A DNA stretch of 64,000 bases from Candidatus Methanomethylicia archaeon (GTDB lineage: Archaea; Thermoproteota; Methanomethylicia; Nezhaarchaeales; B40-G2), in contig JAPDJI010000017.1 of the NCBI GenBank assembly GCA_029259155.1, positions 64,001 through 128,000 on the forward strand, written 5' to 3'. A program made the translations under genes and the position numbers. Position 1 is the first letter of the stretch; each line of letters opens with the position of its first letter. The notes under the pieces were generated by a model, which was not told the DNA's origin, ran no database searches, and was given only the letters and a program-made list of their open reading frames with translations. This document shows, piece after piece, positions 48,731-57,905 of this stretch.

Positions 48731-48904
48731 GTATTCACCATGTTATTAGTGAGGCCACTGAAGTTTTAAAGTTGAGCGTTACGAAGAGGCTCTCCAGATA
48801 ACATCTAGGTAACAGGCTTGCATGTCAATCTCTTAATCATCTGCTCTACTCAAGTAGACTTTATTATCTAGAAGCTTAGAGCTCCAGTTGTCGAAGTGTT
48901 GTAG

Positions 48905-49084
48905 CTAAGCTTTAACTTGTTGCTTAAGTAACGTTACTTGCTCTCCTTCAGCACTACAGCCTGGACACTTCCAGGCATCAGGGTCGAAGGGGTCATCGAG
49001 CCACACATGACCACACTTAAGGCACTTAAAATACTCCAGCTCCACCCAGCCAAAGGGACATTGAGCACAGCTTCTACAGCTCAT
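48905..49084 (-). CDS. 59 aa seven-Cys metal-binding microprotein
   Basis: GAGG SD then ATG; MSCRSCAQCPFGWVELEYFKCLKCGHVWLDDPFDPDAWKCPGCSAEGEQVTLLKQQVKA; not in ORF track. Confidence 0.75.
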   Translation of the reverse strand: MSCRSCAQCPFGWVELEYFKCLKCGHVWLDDPFDPDAWKCPGCSAEGEQVTLLKQQVKA

Positions 49085-49335
49085 CGTTATCCTCAGCTGC
49101 TTAAGTTAGGTCCTTAGATTTAAGGATTGTCTCAGAAGATCGTTAACCCTCGGTCTACCTAAGGTTGTTCTGAGGTTTAATGCCATCAACTTTCTGTCAC
49201 GCCCCTTTATGTGATTGTAGCACTGATTAGTTTTAACGCCTTCAAAGCCAGAGCTCAGGCTCGGTTTTTCTAATTCTGTTTTGTAAAAACCCCTATATTC
49301 TTTAAATCAAGTAAGATTACGGAGGATTTATTTTA

Positions 49336-49759
49336 TTGGAAAGAGTTCCAACATGAATTGAAGGACTAGATGAATAGTTAGAAGGAAGGCATCCGAAGGG
49401 GCGCAGCGTACTTGCATGCGGCGGCCCAGGGAGTGGTAAAACTATCCTTTCGATACAGTTTCTAGTCAATGGCATTAAGAAGTATAATGAACCAGGCGTG
49501 TTCGTGACGCTTGTCGACTCTCCGTCCATCCTCAAGGGGGACATGAAAAGGTTTGGCTGGGACCTATGAAGACCTCGAGAAACAGTCGAAACTAGCGATA
49601 GTTGACCTTCCCTCATTAATCCACATAAAGCGTGAAGAGGCCAGGAAAGCAATGCTTGGCGTTCAAATGGCAAAGTTTACGATAGAAAGCGTCCTAGTGG
49701 CGATCGAGTATGCGAAGAGAATTAAAGATATGTTTGAGGCGCAGTCGCAAAGGAAATAA
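49336..49759 (+). pseudogene. KaiC/RAD55-family ATPase pseudogene
   Basis: MERVPT*IEGLDE*LEG..PKGRSVLACGGPGSGKTILSIQFL..G...NEPGVFVTL..DMKRFGWDL*, then frameshift to EDLEKQSKLAIVD; two in-frame stops; truncated. Confidence 0.85.
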
Positions 49760-49916
49760 AACCTAAGAAAAGGATGAGCGTGGAGAGACGCAGATAATTG
49801 CTTTCCTACATGTTATGAAAGATGGGAGGGTAATTGAGTAGTTTAAGTCGGAAGACTCTCCCCAAATCACTAAGAATTCCCTATCCTGAATTGACAATGC
49901 ATCTATTATAACCGCG

Positions 49917-50197
49917 TTGATATACTTTGGGCTAGGTTCAAAGCTCTATAGGGCGATCGAGACCACGGTTTTCGCTCACCCTATCCTTCTATACGTATTA
50001 TTCATGGACAATACTGGTATTTTCATATATGTGCTAAGGTTACGAAAAATCTTGGCGCGAGGATCGTTAGCTCATCCTTTCTCCTTTGGGCCTTTGGCCA
50101 CATAATATTTGTAGTGCCTTATTTTGGAATGGGAATACTGATCGCGGGGGTCCTAGGTTGGTCCTTCGGCTTCATCTTTAGAGCGTTGCTTTTATAG
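49917..50197 (+). pseudogene. Probable fragmented membrane-protein remnant
   Basis: Hydrophobic reads in shifting frames, e.g. ..GARIVSSSFLLWAFGHIIFVVPYFGMGILIAGVLGWSFGFIFRALLL*. Confidence 0.4.
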
Positions 50198-50366
50198 GGT
50201 TCTTAATGATGATAACAAGAGAGCCACGCTAAGTATATTATTAAGGCTGTCAGGGAATAGCGAGACTGGTTTTTATCTTGTCATTAAGCTTGGCTTTTTC
50301 CGTTTAATAACCTTTACCTTCTCTATGCAGGTTAAGGTTCTAGCTACTGCTTTTTCATCTTCAAAT

Positions 50367-51734
50367 TTACTTCCTTTCAAGATATTTAGTTATCTTCTCC
50401 TGCTTCTTTAAGTCGCCCAGAAGCTTACTTACACTAAACCAGGCTTCAGGCCTAATCTTAAGCTTAGAAAAAGCGTATTGCAAAACTTCCTCGGCTGAGC
50501 TGAAGGTAACCGGCTTTCTCCTCAAAGCTTCTCTAACCGCTTCTCTAACGATCCAGACTCCAACCGGTAATAAGTAGCCTGGCCTAGCTTCGCGTAGAAT
50601 TAAGACTTGGGCCTGTCTTCTCTCCTTTGCCAAAGCTTCGGTTACAGCTAACCTAGCAGCATAGTAGCAGCCACCCATGGAGGCGTAGGTAGCTCTCCCC
50701 CAGTATCCTTCCCAGTCACCGCAGAAAGCTAGGTTTCCTTGATCTGGGTTCCAGGCTGTACCTGGGTACCAAGCCTCTATGGATTCATAGCTCCAGTTAC
50801 CAGGCATCATGAGAATGAGGAACTCGTTGTCTAACACATTAAGAGAGTACACCCTGTACTCGCTTAACTCCCTCCCTCTCTTAACCACCTCGTCCCGAAG
50901 CCTCCTTGAAAGAGTACTATCCACAGCTGTAATGCTCCAGCGCGTAGGCACTAATCTTCGCCTACCCTTGAGCCCCATGACCCCGACGCTGAAGGCTCTT
51001 TGAAGCTGTGAGATAGGTACTCCATCTAGGTAAAGCTTCATTAAGGCCTCTTCGGCCTTAAGATCCACGTCGCTGAAGGCTTTCTCTAAGCCTCGATGTA
51101 CTTTGACTTCTTCCACCCTCAGCTTTTCCATGGGGGCTGAAGGGCCCATAGGCTGCACATCATCATCCAGTAGCAGGGAGGCTATGGGCTTTCTCTTAAA
51201 CCAGACTTCAGCCCCTACAGGGGTTGCTGAGAGTGCAGCCTCTTGGACAGCCTCAAGCAGTCTATTAGGCTCCTCAGCCTCTTTCACGTGAGCTCTAGCT
51301 TTACCTCTCACTAGCTTAACCCTCATGTCTACGACGTTCTCGATACCTAAGCCTTGTTCAAGCCAACGTTCAGGAGCGTCGTAGAGGCTGGTATCGCCTT
51401 GAAAGGGAGGGATGAGGGGGCCTACATTGACATATGGGTAACCATGCCTACCCACGAAGACGGCTGGTGGACTTGAGCCGTACATATTCTGGCTCGTAAG
51501 ATGTAATCCTACCTTTACGTAGGACCTCAATTTGAGGATGATGGGACAGGTAGGTTTTCCACACAGCATCTTTGAAGCCTTACAGTATACGCATAGGCTT
51601 CCTCGGGGCACCCTAGCTATGAGGCTTTCTTCGAGGTTTAAGTCGTAGGCTGCCTCCTGGCTATCGATGACGTGCTCTAGCCAAGGGATCTTCCTCTTCA
51701 CTACCTTGACGAACTTCTTCCCCTTAACCCTCAC
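50367..51734 (-). CDS. nreA: Nre family DNA repair protein
   Basis: CxxCK....CG..CP, GSSPPAVFVG..GYP, PMGPSAP, RRLVPTRWSITAVD, GGCYYAARLA; C-terminal PIP-like QEKITKYL. Confidence 0.92.
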   Translation of the reverse strand: MRVKGKKFVKVVKRKIPWLEHVIDSQEAAYDLNLEESLIARVPRGSLCVYCKASKMLCGKPTCPIILKLRSYVKVGLHLTSQNMYGSSPPAVFVGRHGYPYVNVGPLIPPFQGDTSLYDAPERWLEQGLGIENVVDMRVKLVRGKARAHVKEAEEPNRLLEAVQEAALSATPVGAEVWFKRKPIASLLLDDDVQPMGPSAPMEKLRVEEVKVHRGLEKAFSDVDLKAEEALMKLYLDGVPISQLQRAFSVGVMGLKGRRRLVPTRWSITAVDSTLSRRLRDEVVKRGRELSEYRVYSLNVLDNEFLILMMPGNWSYESIEAWYPGTAWNPDQGNLAFCGDWEGYWGRATYASMGGCYYAARLAVTEALAKERRQAQVLILREARPGYLLPVGVWIVREAVREALRRKPVTFSSAEEVLQYAFSKLKIRPEAWFSVSKLLGDLKKQEKITKYLERK

Positions 51735-51780
51735 CTTTTAACCTCTCACTATTCCTCACGCGCGAGGTATTTTATTAGGC

Positions 51781-52605
51781 GTGCTGTGGAAGCTAGGAGA
51801 ACTCGACTTGCAACTTAAAGTTAGGGAGGTTAAGGTCCACCGTGCCCTAAGTCCTAGTGGCATCTATGGAGTCGATTTCTCCTTGAATCCTTATGTGGGC
51901 TGTCAACATGCCTGTGTATACTGCTATGTCCCCTTCACCTACCCTTCAATCCTTAGAGGGAGGAAATGGGGGGCCTTCGTTGACGTAAAGGTAAACGTTC
52001 CCAGGCTAGTTAGACGTGAAGTAAAAGCGCTGCGTGACGCTAGTATCTTGGTTAGTAGTATAACGGACCCCTATCAACCTCTAGAGGCTAGGTACGGCTT
52101 AACGAGGGCTTGCTTGGAGGCTATGCAAGGATCGGGGGTGCACGTAGTGCTCTTAACTAAGTCTTCGCTTTTTAGAAGGGACTTAGATCTTCTCCAAGGC
52201 CTCAAGAGCTGTGAAGTGGGTATAACGGTGACCACCTTAAACCTATCGAAGATAGTTGAACCCTTCTCTCCCCCTCCTCACGAGAGGTTTAAGGCTATTA
52301 AGGAGGCTAGTGAAGTAGGCCTTGAGACTTTTCTCTTTCTTGGACCTCTACTTCCAGCGGTTGTTGAACAAGAGCTTAAGGAAATACTTGACTCCGCTGT
52401 TGAGCATGGTTGTGGAAGGGTGGTCGTGGATAAGTTTAGGTTGAGGCCTAGGATGAAGGAGAAGCTTTCAGAAGTACTTAGCGTCCTAGACGACCAGGAT
52501 ACTTTTCTTAGTAAAGTAGGGCAGGTAGGTTACTTTGAGGGTCTTAAGAAGGAAATATCTATGTTATGCAGCGAGCGAGGATTAGAGGTAGTCTTCTGTT
52601 ACTGA
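51781..52605 (+). CDS. Radical SAM protein, spore photoproduct lyase-like family
   Basis: NPYVGCQHACVYCY, SSITDPYQP.E, LTKS. Confidence 0.88.
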   Translation: MLWKLGELDLQLKVREVKVHRALSPSGIYGVDFSLNPYVGCQHACVYCYVPFTYPSILRGRKWGAFVDVKVNVPRLVRREVKALRDASILVSSITDPYQPLEARYGLTRACLEAMQGSGVHVVLLTKSSLFRRDLDLLQGLKSCEVGITVTTLNLSKIVEPFSPPPHERFKAIKEASEVGLETFLFLGPLLPAVVEQELKEILDSAVEHGCGRVVVDKFRLRPRMKEKLSEVLSVLDDQDTFLSKVGQVGYFEGLKKEISMLCSERGLEVVFCY

Positions 52606-53783
52606 TTTCCTATCAGGTTGAGGATTTCCTTAAGAGCTTCGTCGACAGCTCTAAACCTGTGGACCTCCTTAGCCAGCTTTGAAGCCCTCTCGGAATATGT
52701 AGGGTCTGATAGCATGGTTAAGGCAACCTCTCTCAGCTTCTCTGCTTCAGCTTCTTCTTGGTCAAGCACTTTAGCTACTCCTAGCTGCTCAGCGGCTCTA
52801 GCGTTTCCAGTCCTTTCTGTATGACCTTTATTGGGGACTATTAACATGGGGGTAGCGGTATACATAGCTTCGGCTATCGATGTATGTCCTCCATGAGTGA
52901 TCAATAGATCTGCGGCTTTCAAGTATTCGTGTCGGCTAGGAAGCCAGCCGTAAACCTTTACTCCGTTTTCCTCAAACATTAGTCCTTGTCTTTCGGGGAG
53001 GCTAGCTGATACTACCACGTTGACCTTGCTCAGGCCCTTAAAGGAGGAGATCACCGTTCTTAACAGCTTTATCCTCTCCTCCTTCAACCCTCCCGTTGAT
53101 ACCAGGATAAGCGGCTTACCATATAGCTTCAATTTCTCCTTAGCCTGGTCCTTATCCTCGAGTGTGTAACGCTCGTAGTCTATGAGGGGACCTACTAGTT
53201 TTAGTTTTCCTCTAAGTCTAGCCGGCACGTAAAGGTTATCTCTGGAAATGGTGTAGGGAGGTGGAAAATCAGCCACCAAAACTTTATCGACTTTGCTCCA
53301 GCCCATCCCAAGTAGCTCACAGCCTAATCTCTCCGTGGCTGCCTTAACCTTGAGTGCGGCTCCTTTAATGGGCCTTCTCCTAGGTATGATGAGCTTGACC
53401 TGGTTGAGGATGAGGATCGACGGCAAATCTAGGAGGTATGCGGCTGTCACTGCTGATAGCCTTGAGTCCGCTACTACTACGTCGGGCTTTTCCTTCAACA
53501 TGTACTTGAACTCTAAGCCTGTCTGAACTGCTAACTTGCGCAGCTCAATAGGCCCTCGAGCCAAGGTCAGCTTAAAGTCCACGTTCCCGTCGTCGCCGAG
53601 AAGGTAAGCCATGTATGGAACCTCTAGCACAGGGTAACCTTTGTTTCTGAGAAGTTTGAGGGTTTCACCGCTGTAGGTCGAGAATGCTACCTTAAACCCT
53701 TGCATCTTAGCTTTCTCTGCGAGAGCTAAGCATCTAGTAGCGTGCCCTAGACCTAGACCGCAAGCTGCTATGTAAAGCTTCAT
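52599..53783 (-). CDS. GT-B glycosyltransferase (GT28/MJ1255-like)
   Basis: CGLGLGHATR, LITHGGHTSIAEA, P...H.ER..NA. Confidence 0.85.
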   Translation of the reverse strand: MKLYIAACGLGLGHATRCLALAEKAKMQGFKVAFSTYSGETLKLLRNKGYPVLEVPYMAYLLGDDGNVDFKLTLARGPIELRKLAVQTGLEFKYMLKEKPDVVVADSRLSAVTAAYLLDLPSILILNQVKLIIPRRRPIKGAALKVKAATERLGCELLGMGWSKVDKVLVADFPPPYTISRDNLYVPARLRGKLKLVGPLIDYERYTLEDKDQAKEKLKLYGKPLILVSTGGLKEERIKLLRTVISSFKGLSKVNVVVSASLPERQGLMFEENGVKVYGWLPSRHEYLKAADLLITHGGHTSIAEAMYTATPMLIVPNKGHTERTGNARAAEQLGVAKVLDQEEAEAEKLREVALTMLSDPTYSERASKLAKEVHRFRAVDEALKEILNLIGNQ

Positions 53784-53789
53784 TGCGCT

Positions 53790-54419
53790 CTACCTTGAAG
53801 CCATTAACTCCTTCCTGATCACCCTACCGCTAGGCTCAAGCTCCTCAAAAATCTCAGCCTCAAATTTATAGACCTTAGTCCCCTCTATCAGCCAGGCATC
53901 GGGGAAGAGCCCGGCCTTCATACAGGCCTCGGAAAGGAAGGTTTCCTCGTCCCACCCCCACTCCACAGCTACTTGGGGGAGTAGGAGGCCCTTGAAGATT
54001 CCTCTCTCCACCACTAAGCCATCCCTACCTACCTTTATTTTCTTGGGTAGGTCAGAGGGCCTAGAGACTTTAATGAGCTCCAATGGAGTAAGCACGCTCA
54101 CTTCGAATACAACGTTGCTCAGCTCTTTCACAGTCAAGGGGTAGAATCGAGGGTCGCTGGTAGCTGAGCTTATTGCGGCATCTATGGTTGCTTCTACGAG
54201 AGGTACGATGGGCTCAGGGTACCCTATGCAGCCTCTAAGCCTCTTATACACTCTCCCCTCAAGGCTCTCAAAGCTGTTAATGGTGACGAAGACACCCCTC
54301 TTTTCAAGCAACCTTTCAGGTGTATCTGGGGGAGGCTTAATCTGCCTTCCTTCCATTAGATAAGCTTCCACCGCTCTCCTAGCAAGCCTCACTAGGAATT
54401 CTCCTTCAGCGAGCCTCAA
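53790..54419 (-). CDS. AMMECR1-domain protein
   Basis: GVFVT, LRGCIG, DPRF, EVSVLT, GLLLPQVAVE, CMKAGL. Confidence 0.93.
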   Translation of the reverse strand: MRLAEGEFLVRLARRAVEAYLMEGRQIKPPPDTPERLLEKRGVFVTINSFESLEGRVYKRLRGCIGYPEPIVPLVEATIDAAISSATSDPRFYPLTVKELSNVVFEVSVLTPLELIKVSRPSDLPKKIKVGRDGLVVERGIFKGLLLPQVAVEWGWDEETFLSEACMKAGLFPDAWLIEGTKVYKFEAEIFEELEPSGRVIRKELMASR

Positions 54420-54467
54420 AGCCTCCTCTACCTCTCTTAATTTTCTTAGCCAGTATTTTTTATGGTT

Positions 54468-54953
54468 TTATGTGCTAGGCGCTAGCCTCCTAGCTTCCTC
54501 AAGCACCTTTGATATGCCTCGCCAGTGGCTCCCCCTCCAATATATTTTGCCACACCCTGTACACACCCAGTATTCGTTGTGGGCTTTAAATGAGCGTTCA
54601 GGTACTTTTCCCTCGACTTCCATCCTCGAAGCTCTCCTAAGCGATGAGTTGCAGGTGGGGCAACGTGAGAGGTTCGGGTCAATTTCTAACTCGCCTCTTA
54701 ATATAGATATTACAGTAGCCAGCTGGACGGCGTGGTGGGGGCTTCTAAGAAGGATGGTGCGCAACCCAGCCTTTGAAGCTCTTTCATGAAGCTCTACATC
54801 CCTAGTGATCAAAATCCTTCCTTCTTTCTTAGCCATAGCTATTAGCTGGTCGTCGTCAGCCTCTCTATCGTAGTACGTGTCGAAGCCCAGCATACGTAGC
54901 CATCGCGTAAGCCTACCACACATCGAGTTCACTAGGAGCTTCTCTTGCCTCAA
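54468..54953 (-). CDS. Mut7-C (PIN-like) RNase domain protein
   Basis: M.GRL.RWLRMLGFDT, RILITRD, RCPTCN, CTGCGKIYWRGSHW. Confidence 0.9.
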   Translation of the reverse strand: MRQEKLLVNSMCGRLTRWLRMLGFDTYYDREADDDQLIAMAKKEGRILITRDVELHERASKAGLRTILLRSPHHAVQLATVISILRGELEIDPNLSRCPTCNSSLRRASRMEVEGKVPERSFKAHNEYWVCTGCGKIYWRGSHWRGISKVLEEARRLAPST

Positions 54954-54955
54954 AG

Positions 54956-55516
54956 CTAGGTCCTCTCTACTCCATACTCGAGTCTACATTCTTCGCAGAG
55001 CATCTGACCGTCTATCTGGATGAGGTTCTCAGACCACTCTCCACAGCTATCGCAGTGTCCAGCTAGTCCTTCCCTCACCATCGACTCTCCCTCTAGCATT
55101 GAAGCCTTCTCCGCTAGGATCTCTACGAGGGCTGGAGCGACTCTCATAATGTCTCTATCGGTAACCACTCCTCTCACTCTCCCTCCTTCCATGACCACTA
55201 GGTGGCGTACTCTCATCTTAGACATGATACGTAGAGCTTCCACCACGTTATCGCTGGGCTTCACGGTGATGATAGGCTTGGACATAACATCCTTTAACTT
55301 AATCTTCTCCGAGTCTAACCCTTTAGCTAGAACTCTCGCCACTAGATCTCCCTCCGTAGCTATGCCTATTGGCCTACCTTCCTGGTCAACAACTATGATG
55401 CATCCAGCGTCCACTGAAGCCATGATTGAAGCTGCCTCCTTCACAGTGATGTCTGGCCCTGCCTTTAAGGGGTTGGGGGTAGCTACGTCAGCTACCTTAA
55501 GCCTTACCTCGCTCAC
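54956..55516 (-). CDS. CBS-pair protein with C-terminal zinc ribbon
   Basis: Two CBS repeats; GHCDSCG..LCEEC. Confidence 0.88.
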   Translation of the reverse strand: MSEVRLKVADVATPNPLKAGPDITVKEAASIMASVDAGCIIVVDQEGRPIGIATEGDLVARVLAKGLDSEKIKLKDVMSKPIITVKPSDNVVEALRIMSKMRVRHLVVMEGGRVRGVVTDRDIMRVAPALVEILAEKASMLEGESMVREGLAGHCDSCGEWSENLIQIDGQMLCEECRLEYGVERT

Positions 55517-55550
55517 CTACCTCACCACCACTATTCGCGCTATACTTCTT

Positions 55551-57467
55551 CTAAGCTTTAACTACTCTTAGTATTCTCCCTCCCCCTGGCGGTAGAAGGC
55601 GGTGTATTTCATCCATGGCTGAGGCTTTAAGCCCAAGCTTGTCTGCTACTTCACGCGCTAGTTTAGATACTCTTTGTTCTCCTGGAGCCAGTAACACGTA
55701 GACTTTGGCTTTCTTGGCTATAGCGTCTGGCGGTCCACCTATGAGCCTATCTTCATGGTCTAAGCCTATGGCTACGAGAAGGGAGAGCCCTTTGACGTAA
55801 TTTCTTTCCCCTCTAATCATGAAGGACCCTTTAGCCAAATATTCCCCTGAGGGCGGGGTCTTAGATACCTGGCTAGGCTTAACCCAGTAGGCATCACCTA
55901 ATAAGCGACCTTCCTTCCAGGCTTTGGAGTACGCTAAAGCGAATTGAGCGGCTTCACGTATGGTAGCTTGAGGTGGACTTAAGCCAGCTTTCTTTACAAG
56001 CACTACTGGTGCTCCATGTACTTCCGCGTGGATGAAGAGGTCATCGTCCTCCATGTACCTCCTGACCAATAGCTCGTTCTGTGAAGAGTCTCTCCCCCCT
56101 ATGACGAGTAAGCCGTCAGAAGAGAAGAACCACCTGAACTTCTCGTACCAAGCCTTAATCCTAGCGGGCTTAATTGGAGCCTTCTCTTCAGCCTCTGCCT
56201 CCTTGAGTTTCTCTTCTGCCTGCTTCATAGCCTCCTCTACGGACTTTGCTTTCCGCTCAGCTTCCTTAGCTTCCTCGTAAAGCCTTGAAGCGTTTTGGGC
56301 AGCGCTCATCGTGTAATCGAGCTCCACTTCGACGCCATCCAGAGAAACTAGAGCTTTCCTAGAGGCTAAGTCTACGTTAACTATAACCCCTAGCCCTGCC
56401 TTCACTCTCTCCACTACCTCAGCGCCTTTAATCCCTGATCGTAACAGCTTCGTTAGATCGTTCAGCGAGGCCTGTACTTCGAGCAGTCTTGACATCAGTA
56501 GCTCGGCAGCTTTACGTTTCACTTCACTTTGTTTTCTTAAAGCCTCCAGCCTTGCTTTTTGTTGCCTTAATACTTCTTGAAGCCTTCTTTCCTCGCTGCT
56601 TAAAGCTTCCGCTCTGCGCTGCTCCTCCATTGCTTGTCTAAGCTTAAGGAAGTAATGATCTAAGGCTTCATTAAAGCTGTCGTAGCGTTCACGCCTCCCC
56701 TCAACGGACTTAAACTCCACTGGGAGTACTGTGTGAGGCTTCTCTTCTACGTATACGACGTTAGGTTCAAGAGGCTTCTCTTTCACTTCTCCATATAAGT
56801 CGATGAGAGCCCTGTGAAGCTTAACGATCTCTTCTTCTTTAAGCGCTTCAACGCGGCTATCCTTGCTGATTCCTGCTCTAAAACAGGCTTCTTCAGCTAT
56901 TTCGCCTGCCACGTTAAATCCTCTTACGATGACCCCAGCTACCTTACCCTTGGCTTCCAGTAGACTTTGCTTAAACTCTTCAAGGCTGCATGTATAAGGG
57001 TTTAAGCCTCTCAGAGGTGGGGGCTTATAAGGCTCCTTGGGTAGGAGGAGGCGGTCCTTCATCCTTTTAGGGTGGAGACAGTTGACGATGAGTTTCTCGC
57101 TGTTTAAGAGGACTACGTTAAATCCTCTCACTAGCTCGAAGACAAGAATGTACTTTCCATCTCTACGCTCAATGGTTAAGGCCACCACTCTATCATCGTT
57201 TAGCTGCTCTACCTTAACGACGCGTCCTCCTCTAACCTTACTTCTTAGGAGGGCACAGAAGCCTGGAGGGGTTTTAGGTTTAGGATATTCAGCTCGTGTT
57301 AAGCCTACCCTACCGAGGGAGTCAGCTATCAGCCATATCACTCCTTCTTTTCCTCGTAGTTTAAGAAGTATGGAGCCATCGCGTAGCTGGTAGATATTGT
57401 CTACGAAAAGGCCGATAACTCTCTCCTCTAGCTCCCTTACAGCTGCGACTACGTCCAGCGCCGTCAT
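55551..57467 (-). CDS. rqcH: Ribosome quality control factor Rqc2/NEMF
   Basis: NFACT-N (DRVV), coiled coil with NA..YE..K, WYEKFRWF.SSDG, GGRD..QNE, HA.VHGAP, GEYL.KGSF. Confidence 0.93.
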   Translation of the reverse strand: MTALDVVAAVRELEERVIGLFVDNIYQLRDGSILLKLRGKEGVIWLIADSLGRVGLTRAEYPKPKTPPGFCALLRSKVRGGRVVKVEQLNDDRVVALTIERRDGKYILVFELVRGFNVVLLNSEKLIVNCLHPKRMKDRLLLPKEPYKPPPLRGLNPYTCSLEEFKQSLLEAKGKVAGVIVRGFNVAGEIAEEACFRAGISKDSRVEALKEEEIVKLHRALIDLYGEVKEKPLEPNVVYVEEKPHTVLPVEFKSVEGRRERYDSFNEALDHYFLKLRQAMEEQRRAEALSSEERRLQEVLRQQKARLEALRKQSEVKRKAAELLMSRLLEVQASLNDLTKLLRSGIKGAEVVERVKAGLGVIVNVDLASRKALVSLDGVEVELDYTMSAAQNASRLYEEAKEAERKAKSVEEAMKQAEEKLKEAEAEEKAPIKPARIKAWYEKFRWFFSSDGLLVIGGRDSSQNELLVRRYMEDDDLFIHAEVHGAPVVLVKKAGLSPPQATIREAAQFALAYSKAWKEGRLLGDAYWVKPSQVSKTPPSGEYLAKGSFMIRGERNYVKGLSLLVAIGLDHEDRLIGGPPDAIAKKAKVYVLLAPGEQRVSKLAREVADKLGLKASAMDEIHRLLPPGGGRILRVVKA

Positions 57468-57596
57468 TTCCTTCTTAAATCTGGATCCCTCCAGGCCTAG
57501 GGGGGTGGAGGATCCTTATTAGCTAGTTCATCTTCTACAGCACAGCTTATTTAAGCAGCAGCCTCGTCCTTAGGGAGGCGGCCTGAGGGGGTTGAT

Positions 57597-57905
57597 TTGA
57601 AGCCTGGATCAAAAGTATATTACTCTAGGTCGCTTATGGGAATAATGGCTGGCCTCGTCTGTGGAGCGCTGGATAACCTTCTCGCCTCGCTTTCTCCCTA
57701 TGTTTATGACGTCGTAGCGATAGTAGTTGCAGCGATGATTTACTATGTTTCAATCCTCTTCGCTCGCTTCGTTTTAAACGTAAAGCCTGACGACCTGAAC
57801 AACCCTGCTTACTTAAAGAAAGGCGGCCTCTTCACATTCATCTTGCTCTGGCTAATGGTTTGGTCGTTAACCGTCAGCTTTCAGAGACCTCTTCCTTGGC
57901 CTTAA
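57597..57905 (+). CDS. EMC6-like three-TM membrane protein
   Basis: YSRSLMGIMAGLVCGAL and GGLFTFILLWLMVWSL resemble EMC6 TM1 and TM3 as I recall them. Confidence 0.65.
   Translation: MKPGSKVYYSRSLMGIMAGLVCGALDNLLASLSPYVYDVVAIVVAAMIYYVSILFARFVLNVKPDDLNNPAYLKKGGLFTFILLWLMVWSLTVSFQRPLPWP

Noticed and set aside
49336-49570. Stop-codon readthrough (Sec/Pyl or alternative code) in the KaiC-like frame
   Set aside because: Both TGA and TAG occur along with a frameshift and truncation, and TGA/TAG end normal genes elsewhere in the window; decay is simpler.
49317-49673. 118 aa minus-strand ORF
   Set aside because: Antisense to the KaiC pseudogene, which carries the recognisable motifs.
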